Source of the DNA: Rhizodiscina lignyota
Taxonomy: Eukaryota
Length of the DNA stretch: 64,000 nucleotides
Direction of reading: 5' to 3'
Assembly (NCBI GenBank): GCA_010015805.1
Contig: ML978136.1
Coordinates: 558,001 to 622,000 of the forward strand
Shown: positions 51,027-62,224 of the stretch, piece after piece
Numbering within the stretch: position 1 is the stretch's first letter
How the letters are laid out: every line of letters starts with the position of its first letter
Notes under the pieces: generated by a model
What the model saw: only the letters and a program-made list of their open reading frames with translations
Database searches by the model: none
What the model was told of the DNA's origin: nothing
Translations under genes and position numbers: made by a program

Positions 51027-52533
51027 GTTGTCTTGACTGAAGAAAGCCGTCGCAAGAGTAACTGGACGGGTTGCCTACCTGTTCCTGAATATATGACGAC
51101 CTACCTGATTCCGGCAAAATGCAAACCCCGCTGAAAGGCTCGTATGATTCTAAAAGCTTGGTGATCGTCCCGCAAGATCTGGTGAAGATTGACGGACGCT
51201 GCAGGAACGTGTTATCCACGAGAACAAGTTCGTGAGGTAGCGCTCGGGGACCTTTCACCCGTTCGCGTTTATGAGGAGCCGCCGAAGGATTTGGTTTTGC
51301 CGGAGCCCCGGAGGGAAGGAGGCACCCGGAGATACGTCCACCCGGGGGACTGTGCCTACTAAAGCCTCGGTGCAGGCTACCTAGAGCTTGGTTGAGTCGG
51401 TCCCTCGGAGAATGCATATCGTCTTCCGAGTCGCCATTGCAACGTTGTGCCTCCGCAGTGATGGCACAGCGATTCCATCGAAATGGCACGTGGTAGCACG
51501 GGGGGCTGAAAGATCCTTTATACTGCCCTTGGAGGCGTGCGCCCGAAGAGGCCCCCGGGCTGTGCTGCAACACAGCCCGAGCCGAGCGCGACTCCAAGAC
51601 ATTGTGCTATCGTGCAAAGAAAAGAGACGAGCAGATCAATAGCGCGAATCAACCCCCTCATTTAGATATAGTCGTTCTCGGCCATGCTAATGCTGGAAAC
51701 AGGAAGTTTTAGAAGGAAGTTTGCTCAGCTCAGACACAAGCAAGGCGTCTGTTTGCATGGAAACAGACGAGATCCCGCCCTTCGCAACGCCCGTCTTGAA
51801 TCCTTCAGTTGCAGCCTCGGATTCTTTGCATTCGCCTGCCTTTGTCTGTGCAAGCTGGTTGCCAGCTTGCAGTTCATTTCCATTGTTCACCACTTGATAT
51901 TAGGGCGACCAGCCCGAATGACACATTCTTTAGAGGTGCGACCTGGGCTTTGGACAGAGACCAAACATGCCCAGCAAGTAGCATGAAAAGCGACCTTATA
52001 TGAAACAATTTTGCGATTAGCTGGCGGACAAAGTCCATTTTTGGAATGAGGATCTGGGGCCATCTCGATGTTTGATTGGGCCAGATGCAAGGTTTTGAGG
52101 GATTCGATCCATTCGTCACGGCTACAACCATAACCGTCACAGCCACGGCCCTGTCGCGCATCTCATTAGACGGCATTCGCTGACGACAATCCCTCCGTTT
52201 CCCCATCCTCCTTACACGTTTCAGGCAATAACGACGTGGAGATTGTTTAAGACATGGCCTTGCCTACTGCGAACCCTCAGCCTCGCGCGCCACTCTTATT
52301 TTTAATGTGCGGGAATGCCGTCATGTAAAAGCTCCATTCGTCCAAGATTTTCATTGCGGTGGTCAGTGAGCGAGCCTCCGCCTTAAGGCTGTTCAAGGTC
52401 CAAGCTCATTGGGTAGTATTTGCGCTCCACGATGGCCGTACTTAAGTACTTGTTAAATTCTTCACTGTGCTGTTTATCTAAAAGTCACCTTCAAACACGG
52501 AGTCTCGTTGAACACTCGCTCTCTACCACCAAC

Positions 52534-53514
52534 ATGACAAACTCCCAATCGTTCGCTACCAGGCTCTTTGGCCTAACGATCCTTATTTCTACCCTCTCTG
52601 GTTTCATCTCTGCCACGCCTGCTACGACGGACAAGAAAATCATATACTACCATTCAACGATCAATAATACAGACACGCCAGTGTCACTCCTTCCGCTCAT
52701 CAATGGGACGTCCGACCAAGTCGTAACAAACATTATCATCGGACAAATGCATCTCAATACCACTGGCCTATCCCTGAATGACGACCTTATCTCATCCCCG
52801 AAGTTCGATCGGCTATGGCCAGAAGTCGCGCAACTCCAGCAGAAAAACATCAAGGTGTCTGCGATGCTTCTGGATAAGTACAACGTACTCAAGGGCAACC
52901 AGACCGTCTTTGACGAGCACTACGCGTTCCTCCACGACGCTCTCAAGGCGCATAACTTCGATGGCTTCGATATCGATGACGAAGACCCGACAGCTCTCCC
53001 GATCCAAGGCATCGAGCGTCTGATCGACCGCCTGCGCCAGGATTTTGGACCTGATTTCCTGATATCTATGTCACCTGTTGCCTCTGCTCTCGCGGGCGGC
53101 TCCAACCTGAGTGGCTTCAATTACACCACGCTCGAACAACAGCGCGGCAAGGACATCGCCTGGTACAACGCACAGTTCTACGGCGGCTGGGGCGATGCAA
53201 GCACACCAGATGGCTACGACGCTATCGTGAATAACGGCTTCTCCCCAGACCGTGTCGTGATGGGCCTGTTGACGAACCCCTCAAACGCTGGATCAGGCTT
53301 CGTCGACCTCAACACCACCAAGGCGACCTTGCAGACTCTTACGTCGAAGTACCCTCAGTTTGCTGGCGTTGCGGGCTGGGAATACTTCAATAGCTTGCCG
53401 GGTGGCACACAGGCACCGTGGCAGTGGTCGGAGTTCTTTGCGCAAGCTCTGGGTGTGAACACCGGTTCTCAGTCGAGCAAGAGAAGCACACGGGCTGTTG
53501 CGTTTAAGGCGTGA
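52534..53514 (+). CDS. Secreted GH18 protein (chitinase/endo-beta-N-acetylglucosaminidase-like)
   Basis: Signal peptide, intact DxxDxDxE (FDGFDIDDE), WYNAQFYGGWG and FAGVAGWEYFNSLPGG. Confidence 0.88.
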   Translation: MTNSQSFATRLFGLTILISTLSGFISATPATTDKKIIYYHSTINNTDTPVSLLPLINGTSDQVVTNIIIGQMHLNTTGLSLNDDLISSPKFDRLWPEVAQLQQKNIKVSAMLLDKYNVLKGNQTVFDEHYAFLHDALKAHNFDGFDIDDEDPTALPIQGIERLIDRLRQDFGPDFLISMSPVASALAGGSNLSGFNYTTLEQQRGKDIAWYNAQFYGGWGDASTPDGYDAIVNNGFSPDRVVMGLLTNPSNAGSGFVDLNTTKATLQTLTSKYPQFAGVAGWEYFNSLPGGTQAPWQWSEFFAQALGVNTGSQSSKRSTRAVAFKA

Positions 53515-53645
53515 TTTCTGAATTGATGTTTCGTTTCGATTATGTATATTGTATTATAAATTTTGCGGGCACGGACATGATAGCGTTTGGGCAAGATTCA
53601 AAGCATGCGATACCACTGATTTAATTTTTATTTTGAACAATACAC

Positions 53646-55409
53646 TCAAGGTCCTGCTGTTCCATACTGCGGCTGCACATTGAACGTCTTATGGCAATAT
53701 CTCGACCATTGACGTCTTTCGAACTTTTCCAGCTTCTCTGCGCTCCAAGAATCTTTGAGAGGCTCATTAATCGGCTCAAGAGCCATCTGTCCACTTTTGC
53801 TCGAGCAGCGAAACATGATCTTCGTGCGATCCCAAGTTGTTGAAGTCGCATGCGCACCTTCGAGTAGCCTGTCGTCCCACCAGCTGCCTCGGGTAGCGCT
53901 GGCCATAGAGATGAAGGCCGTCTTTTGGAAAGGTTGTTTGGTGATAATGGAATATATATAATCCGCACAGCAGAGAGTTGTGGCAGCAAAGAGCATTACG
54001 AAAGCGACGATGACAACAGGAATGCGGACAATGTACACCTCGCGGGATGGTTCACCAACAGTTCTGATAACTCTTGTGCCCCATTCAAATCTCGACGCTG
54101 CAACGATGACCGATTTCGCTACCAAGCCTGTCAGCCCTTCGATACGTTTTGCGGTCGGGCTGTATCCGGGACAGTTGGTTGGGTTGACAGAGGTCGAGTT
54201 CTGTTGCGCCACTTTCCACGGAACTGCATTGATGTATTGGTACAGAGCATCCAGACCAATGGTGTCGAGGTCAGAAGTATCTTGAACGGGATTTCGAAGG
54301 CAGTCTTCCCAGGCAGCACCGCCCCACGTACATGAGGCGAGGTACCATTCCAGTGTCGGTGTGCACTTGACTCGACTTATCCACATGCCAGAATCGAGAA
54401 GCATACCCGTGTCACCACCTTCCCGAGCAATCTGGGCCTTATACATTTGTGTACTCGGTGCGCCTGCAAGCGCGACAAAGACGAGGTAGTTGGTCGCCCC
54501 ATGCGGCACTCTGTTCGACCACGACGACGCATTGTTATACAGAAACTCCGTACCGAGTCTATGAGGGTTGTTAAGATCCAGGACAGTACTCTGCTTTGAG
54601 CCATCTGGAAAAGTGAACTCTACGAATGGCTGGCTTGTCATGTTCAATAAGTACGATATTTCGGATTCCGCAGATACGCAGTTCCCGGCCCAGGAGTAGG
54701 CGACGATATTCTGGTAGACGACGTCTCTCTCAAAGGATTGTAAGTTTGGCGATGGTCCAATATCTCTCGGCAGGTCGGGTACCTCATCTGTAAGACTGAT
54801 CAGGTCGCCATAGAACAATGTGCCTGCAAGCTCCAGAATAACGTCGTTTTCGTCGAAGTTCGGCTTGAAATCAGCTTGGTTGGTACTGTTTTCGTTCATA
54901 GCGATATGTAACGGGCAAAGCTGTCCAGTCTTGGTTGGAACTGGAAGGACACTCTGTCTAACAGTTTGGGGAACATATGGACCGGTTGTGATTGAGAGAG
55001 TTCCGACAGGTACGAGCGATGCGCCGACGATCATGAGGACGATCTGGACTAGTGCCCTGTAGCAAGAACAACGGAATATGGTTGGAATAGAGCGCCATCC
55101 ACAGTTCGACATACGATCAAAGTCTGATACCGATACTGAAGTCGAAGAGGCGATTTGGAAAGGGTGGATCTGGCGGATTTCTGACCTGGTTTGCCGCACT
55201 ACGAGAGCGAACGAAGCAAGAATCAATGAAAGAATGATACCGGAGTAGAATTGATTCACTTTGGATAGATTTCCGACATTGAGTACTCTTCTCGTACTTG
55301 AAATGGGTGGGCCAGTGAGCGAAAAGATGGTAGCAATCAGTGCCGCAACCGTGAACAGAGAGAGGAGTGCAAGGTAGTATGTTAACGGTCTTCGAAGTAA
55401 ATGACCCAT
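53646..55409 (-). CDS. Fungal membrane protein of unknown function, 587 aa
   Basis: Long intact ORF with three N-terminal hydrophobic helices, a large Cys/N-glycosylation-site-containing loop and one C-terminal helix. Confidence 0.75.
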   Translation of the reverse strand: MGHLLRRPLTYYLALLSLFTVAALIATIFSLTGPPISSTRRVLNVGNLSKVNQFYSGIILSLILASFALVVRQTRSEIRQIHPFQIASSTSVSVSDFDRMSNCGWRSIPTIFRCSCYRALVQIVLMIVGASLVPVGTLSITTGPYVPQTVRQSVLPVPTKTGQLCPLHIAMNENSTNQADFKPNFDENDVILELAGTLFYGDLISLTDEVPDLPRDIGPSPNLQSFERDVVYQNIVAYSWAGNCVSAESEISYLLNMTSQPFVEFTFPDGSKQSTVLDLNNPHRLGTEFLYNNASSWSNRVPHGATNYLVFVALAGAPSTQMYKAQIAREGGDTGMLLDSGMWISRVKCTPTLEWYLASCTWGGAAWEDCLRNPVQDTSDLDTIGLDALYQYINAVPWKVAQQNSTSVNPTNCPGYSPTAKRIEGLTGLVAKSVIVAASRFEWGTRVIRTVGEPSREVYIVRIPVVIVAFVMLFAATTLCCADYIYSIITKQPFQKTAFISMASATRGSWWDDRLLEGAHATSTTWDRTKIMFRCSSKSGQMALEPINEPLKDSWSAEKLEKFERRQWSRYCHKTFNVQPQYGTAGP

Positions 55410-56681
55410 TTTGCCTTGAGGCGTTTAGAGGTAGGGGAACACTGACTTGTGAAATGATGAGGAGGAGAACATCAGTCCCGTTGTCCTCATGATGTCTCAA
55501 TGTTAATAAATGGCACACCTTCGTGCTCGGACGCCGGATATACAGCATCAGAACGAACATATTTGTTATTGTTCTCTTTAGAGGTCTCTATCCGACAAAT
55601 AAAAGGGGACTGAAATCATAATCTGTCTGAAAACGAGAGGGAAATGAGTTTGGCAGGGCACGTTGCTGATAGCATAGAGAGATGAGTTCAAAAAGACCTG
55701 TCAAAATGCAAGGCCGATCATTCGGTGCACACGTCACGCTGCAACGGCAAGCCGAGATCCATCGGCGGCAGGGAGTCAAGGCCACGCGAGGTACGGATAA
55801 AAGGAGCAAGGCACTATTTTGTTCTCTCCTGCCTTACAGCCTTATGTGTGGCGGCCGCGATACGCAGTTGTAAACCTGGACATCACATCGAACATCGGCT
55901 CGCTGGATGCATGTGCGCCGGGCAGGCTGACTCAGGCTCGAGTTGCTCCAAGCTTGTTAAAGTCTGTCGTCGTTTCAACACGCCTAGTGAATAGGGGATG
56001 TGCGAACGTTGATGAAGAATTCCGAATGTGGATGTACATAATATGTAAGGCTGAAGCAAAGCAGTCGAACTCCGAAGGACATAACTATTGCCTGTTTAAG
56101 GGTCTTTAGGGCTGAGGCGTTCAGGTACCGAAAATCAAGTGGGCCTGGGCACGTTCCGTACCCGCGATTCTGGTTAGGGCTACCCAGAAGTTGGTTGGCT
56201 GCTTATCATTTCCCGAGACTAATTCCTTTCTAGCCAAAGCTCACTGGAATGGCCTGCTTCAATAATTTTTCAAGTTTATCCTTTAGAATTCGAGGCAAGC
56301 CTGCAGTTTTTGGGGTACTTAGTATGCTGGTGCAGCAGTCCAGCAGTCTTGCATATCGGCAGTGCAGAACGGCAGATGCACAAAGTAAAGTCATTTCTGG
56401 GGATAAGATGGACCCAATGCAAAGACAAACAGCACAGGAAGAGTATGTTCCTTATTTGAGCGAATTCTAGCCATTCTCGTAGAAGAAGCTATGTAGTAAG
56501 TAGCATTGCAATATGCGTGGTGTAGCAAATCATTACCTTGATCTCAGCGTAATCCCACTCCGAATGGGTATGCAATGTATGTCCCATAAAATCTTTTCCT
56601 CGTCGGTGTCGTATGCAAAGGCGCCATAGGGCTGCCACATTCAAGCTCTCTCATCATTTTCGTCGCATCCGAGTCGCAAGA

Positions 56682-59600
56682 TCAAGTTCCCTTGAACAAG
56701 AACTGCAAGTCCTCCGGGCTCAACTTCTCCATTGCCACCTTGTCGTTGTTGATGCTCGCGCTAATCATATTAGCCTTCTTCTCCTGGAGCTGAACCATGC
56801 GCGATTCGACAGAGTCTTCGATGACAAGACGTGTGATGACACAAGGGCGCTTCTGGCCGATACGGTGGCAACGATCGGCGGACTGCCACTCGGCGGCAGG
56901 ATTCCACCATCTGGAGACATGTCAGCAATTATATGGAGAAAAAAAGGTAGCAGTGAAAGAAAAGGCAAGACGTACGGATCAACGATGAAGACTCTGCTAG
57001 CCTCCGTCAAGTTCAGCGCCACGCCACCAGCCTTCAAGCTCACCAAGAAGACCTCAACGTCCGTATTCTTCATGAAGTAGTCGATGCTCCTCTGGCGCTG
57101 GATCGGCGTCATACTACCATCCAGCATGACGGTATTGAAGCCCGCACGCCTCAGCCTCCACTCAATCAGCTGCAGCATGGACGTGAACTGGCTGAAGACG
57201 ATGCTCTTGAGCGTCTGTTTCTTGCTGCGCAACTTGTACAGATCGTACACCAGCATCTCGATCTTGGTTGACGATGTCCAGTTCTCCATCTTGATGCGGT
57301 TGATGATGGATGACTTCTTGACCAGCTCTTCATCCTGCTCGATATCAGGTTGCTCCCAGTCGATAGACAGCGGAATGTGGCAGCGCGGGCAGTCAGGATC
57401 AGTGCCAGCACCTTCGCAGGATTGGACGTAGTTCTTAACACAGGCGCGGCAGAACTCATGATGGCAGCGGGAGCGGATGGCTTCCTCAGCAGGCTCGTCA
57501 CAGATGTTGCACACGAGAATGTTCTGGCCACCTTCGGCGTGCTTCTTGAGCAGAAGATCAGGGTGATTGGCGACTTGACGCATCTGCATAATGAGGCCGA
57601 AGATGTTGGCATAGTTGTTGAGCATGACACCGCGTGAGACATAGGTATCGAACTGGCGCGTGGTATTCGTCATGATGCTGCTCGAGAAGTCGCGCTCGAT
57701 TTCGCCGAAAAATTCGTTGTGGATAACAATCTCCTTCGGCGGAAGTTCCATAGAAGACGTATAGTCCTTCTTCATGCGGCGAAGCATAACGTGTGAAGTG
57801 ATCATATGGAGCTTATCCATGGCCGCTTCGCGCATCCCCAAATCCTCGCCAGTGATAGGGTTGAGTAGCTCCTCATTGAAGACGGATCGGTGCTCAGAAC
57901 CGCTATGGCCGCAGTCGTCACACATGTATTCTTCGTTCAGTGACCAGTGAAGCTGTGCACACTCGCACCTCTCACAGAAGTAGTCGGCAAAAGGGCGAAC
58001 CTCCAGGAAGCGTAGAAGAGAAAAGAACTCGCCGATACGGTTTTGAACTGGTGTGCCTGACAAGCACCACTTGTAAGTTCCTTTGAGAGCGAAACATGCC
58101 TTCGCAACACCCGTTGTGCGCTGCTTGATGCTGTGGGCCTCATCAAGAATGAGGCGATGGAACTTGACGGCGTGAATGGGAGAGTCCTCTTTGACAATGT
58201 CTTCCCCACGGCTCCAGCCCTTGGTCTCCTTCCGGTAGAGTGATTCAAGGCTGTTGTAGCTAATGAGAAGGACGTTGTATTTCTTGATATCGCTCACGCT
58301 GAGGTTCTTTGATTTGGAGTTCGAGTTGTGGTATACGAGGACTTTGAGCTTGCCATCCGTGTAATCCCGAATCTCGTTCTGCCACTGCATGAGAGCAACA
58401 GGCGGGACAACAACAAGCGTAGGGTCCTTCGCAGGGAAGTCTGACATCACGAGAGAGACAGCCTGGATAGTTTTGCCCATTCCCATCTCGTCGCCTAGCA
58501 GCCCACCCTTGTATTGGGTCTTCTCTTGTTTCATCATCCAGTCAAGGCCTTCCAGCTGGAAGGGCTTCAGCTTGCGATTGATAGAGGCGGGCTGAGCCGC
58601 AGGAACCGGTTTAATGACAGGAATCATCTTTAGATCGTCCCACATGGTGTTAATCTCAGGATGAGCATTCTCAAGTTTGGCACGACGCCTCTCCTTCCTA
58701 CCCAGTCCACGCAAGTGCTTCATTTGAGCGATACGTCGACGATGGTTGCGCAACGCTTGAGATGTCGCGGCGCCTCGCGCACGTCGTCCTTGTGCTTGAG
58801 TGTTTGCAGCTTGCTGCAGAGAGGATAAGCTCGTCAAAGAAGAGTCAGAGTCATCAACTCTGTTAGCATGCGGTTCACGGGGAGGTGGCATTTCTTCCTC
58901 AGAGTCATACACGCTCTCAGAGAAAAGAGACTCGTCATCGTCGTCTATGAAAGATGCAACACTGGAGAGGTCCGATATTTCAGAGACTTGCGCAGCGCTG
59001 GTAGAAGCACTTGCCTTCACAGCAGCAGGCGCAGATTTAGCAGCAGACTTTCCAGGGTTCCGACTCGGAGCGGTATTGAGACGTTTGCGCTTCGAAGGAC
59101 CAGCCAAAAGCTCGTCATCAGATGACAGAATGTCCATGTCTTCATCGTCAGAGTCCGGTAGCACAACAGCGTTCTTCTTTCGATCTTGGGGTTTGACACC
59201 GCTGTACTCTTCTTCTTGCAGACGGCGAGCAAGATCCTCGTCGGCTTCCAGCATATCGTCCTGGACGGCCTCCATTTCCAAAGGACTCCGCTTTCTCTTG
59301 CTACTATCCCGCGCCATCATTGATTTCTTCCCCTTGTTGTTCGAAGCACCGGCAGGTGTCATAGATTTGCTCGTGGCAGGTGTCTCGTATTCGATGTTCC
59401 CAGCGTTGGAGCTGCCTGATTCTGAGAAGGCAGAAGCAGAGTCTTCGGAGTCGGGAAGGGTTGCTTTCGAGCTTGGCAGAATGACTGCTGAGAAGACTCT
59501 CTTTTTGGAGGGTTGGGCAACTATGTTGTCCATAACCTCTTCTTCGGAGTTATATTCAGGACCTGAGCTGTTCTGGACGATTGCTTTGTTCGAGAAGCGC

Positions 59601-59804
59601 GTGCGCCGTGTTGAGCGCAAGACAGGTGTTTGTGTACCACTGCTGCGTGCTGATTGCCTTGCGGGTGTCCTCTTGGACGCTGTTGAAGAATCGTTAGCAA
59701 AAGCGTCGCAAGGGACGGGAGCTTATTTGCCACATTCGGTGACAATCAAGTGAAGGGAACGTACACGAAGCACTGTTCGCGCTGGCTCTTTGGAGTCTTG
59801 CCAT
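56682..59804 (-). CDS. rad16: Rad16/Rhp16 SNF2 helicase-RING nucleotide excision repair protein, 3 exons
   Basis: [40 protein letters not shown]...CHHEFCRAC...[15 protein letters not shown] and C-terminal DLQFLFKGT*. Confidence 0.95.
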
Positions 59805-60013
59805 TTTGGGTCAGCACGCTGTTGTTCTTTGAACGCAATGCTGCGACTACGATGGGGGAAAGAGGGCGAGAAGGGGGGGGTGAATTACTCACATTTCGAC
59901 GGTCGAGGGTGGTAGATATGCACTAGCGTGGGGCCGCTCAGCCGAGCGACGCGACCGTCTCACCCCTGATACGCGCACAACCGTCGACTGGACGACGAAT
60001 TGTGGGCGAAAAC

Positions 60014-60194
60014 ACGCGTGGAGACGTGACAAACGAAATGCGAGTGTACCGCGATGGTTGTTAAACGGTAGCAGGCAAAGTACACTCTATCCCCAATTAC
60101 GATTTCTGCCTGCAAGCAGAACTCCAAAAAGAGCAGGAACGCGTGTCACGTGACAGCGTGATGCACTTTAGTGAAAAAGGCAACCCTAACCCTA
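60014..60194. promoter_or_regulatory. Candidate regulatory motifs upstream of rad16
   Basis: ACGCGT (MCB-like) at 60014 and 60139, perfect palindrome TGTCACGTGACA at 60144-60155, telobox-like AACCCTAACCCTA at 60182-60194. Confidence 0.4.
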
Positions 60195-60249
60195 GTGCAA
60201 TGAAGAGCAATTCTGCGCGCGAACTCTGAACGGCAATGCAATTCATCTA

Positions 60250-60342
60250 CGAAGGATCTAGTATCCAGGGAGCAAAATGCTTGGGTAGCAGATCGCTGAA
60301 AAATCAAGCGTAGCGTTCACTCCCTGGGTACTAGATCCTTCG
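60250..60342. repeat. Inverted repeat/hairpin, 23-bp arms
   Basis: cgaaggatctagtatccagggag (60250-60272) pairs with ctccctgggtactagatccttcg (60320-60342); the single mismatch is a G-U wobble on the + strand. Confidence 0.9.
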
Positions 60343-61022
60343 AAGTGTATTGATCCACAGGGTGACAAAAGGTTGTCCGCAGACTCGCAGTTTTCATGGT
60401 GCTGAATGGCGATAGCGTGCAAGTCTTTTATTTGGTTCGCTACTGTTTAGTATGCTCCAAAGAGCGTATAGCTGACATTTCGGAGATAGTTTCGCTTATA
60501 CTGAAGTAAAAGAGTTGAAAAATCCTCACCTTTTAGTGCTACTCTACATACAACTTCCCTGACGGCCAAATATTGTCACTCTCGAGCCCTCCGTAACCTC
60601 AAGGCACAATTGCCGAACAGAACGCCACAATTGAGAATACCAGTACCGACTATGCGCCACCGCTTTACCATTTTGTCCCCGTACCTTGGTCAAACAAAAT
60701 TGCCGTCATTCAATCCATGGGCCAGGTCGAAGTCGTCATGCATGACCCGAAGTCCTTCCGGGGAGGGGGATCTACAGTTCATGGATTTGGATACAAGGGT
60801 GCAAAGTCCCAAAAGACGTAGTTCACTAGTAGGGCCGCGGGATCGCGCACGTTGATTGATGGATTTATCAACAAAGTTGACAAATAAGCACCGCTTGCAG
60901 ATATACCGTCCCAGGATTCAGCATCGCAACTTTTATTGCAGCCACCCACTCCATCATATAAAGTGCGCTCAGAGGTATGTTTACTTATCCCGTTGTGATT
61001 CTAGAAAGGGAACAAAGCTAAA

Positions 61023-62224
61023 ATGCTGCTGCTAGTTTTTGCCCTCATAGCCATAGCTGCTAGGGCAGCCAGTCATGATCCATTCTCCCCTGCAAATTGG
61101 CCTTTGCCACACAACATCACTGGGGACTCGTTGACCTCGACTGGACAATGGGGTGGAGTCCACGTCCATGATCCGTCGGTTGTAAAGGGTCCGGATGGAT
61201 ACTACTACTCATTCAGCACTCACAACCTCGTTGCAATCTCCAAAGCGCCATCTTTAGATGGATACTGGAAGTTTATCGGGAGCGTCTTGAAAGGCGAGAG
61301 CGTAATTCCTCTAGCCGGTCGAAACGATACTTGGGCTCCAAATGTTGTACAAATCGGCGATACCTATTACTGTTACTACTCGGTCTCGACATTCGGGAGC
61401 ATGGACAGCGGGATCGGACTGGCGACCAGCAGGACGTTGCAACCTGGATCATGGACGGACCACGGGCTGGTACTGGAAAGTGGCGCGACCAAAGAGTATC
61501 CATTGAACGACACGAATGCCATTGATCCCAACTTCTTCCACGACCCAAAGACTGGAGAGAATCTGCTGAACTACGGCAGCTTCTGGAGCGATATCTGGCA
61601 ATTCCAGCTCGCTAAGGATCTGAAGAGCGTATTATGGAAACCTCCGCCAGTACATCTGAGCTTCGATCCGGTAGGGACGAATCCCGAGGAGGGCAGCTTT
61701 ATGAGCTACCATGACGGCTGGTACTACGTGAGTCTCTTGTCTTATGATTCTCTGAGCATCGCGAGCTTACGAAGGTGCAGTTATGGTACTCCCATGGCAT
61801 CTGTTGCGGTTATAACGTTTCAGCGCTTCCTCCACCTGGACAAGAGTAAACCTTCCTGTACTCCTTGACAAGTTTAGTCCTTCGATAACATCCGCCCCAG
61901 GTATTCTATTCGTCTTGGCAGATCGAAATCGAGTCATGGTCCGTTCCTCGACCGAAACGGTACTGACCTCGTTGATGGAGGAGGATACATCGTATACGGC
62001 TCACATGACTACGTCTACGGGCCCGGCGGTCAGGGTGTTCTCCAGGATTACCATGGCCGCGACGTCCTGTACTACCATTATGGTGTGTATCAATGTATTC
62101 TCTTGTAGTGAGATTGCTAATAGACGGAACAGTCCCAACGTACATCAGCTACTTAGACACGGACAAGCGCTTGGGATGGGACTACATTGATTATGTCGAT
62201 GGCTGGCCGGTTCTTGTGTATTAG
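61023..62224 (+). CDS. Secreted GH43 endo-1,5-alpha-L-arabinanase, multi-exon
   Basis: Signal peptide, [32 protein letters not shown] and C-terminal DGWPVLVY*. Confidence 0.9.

Noticed and set aside
31000..56000. Starship giant transposon
   Set aside because: No DUF3435 tyrosine recombinase captain or boundary motif recognisable in the window.
58800..59753. 317-aa plus-strand ORF (and 7107-7922, 36565-37242)
   Set aside because: Antisense shadows of rad16, tup1 and the Hint gene.
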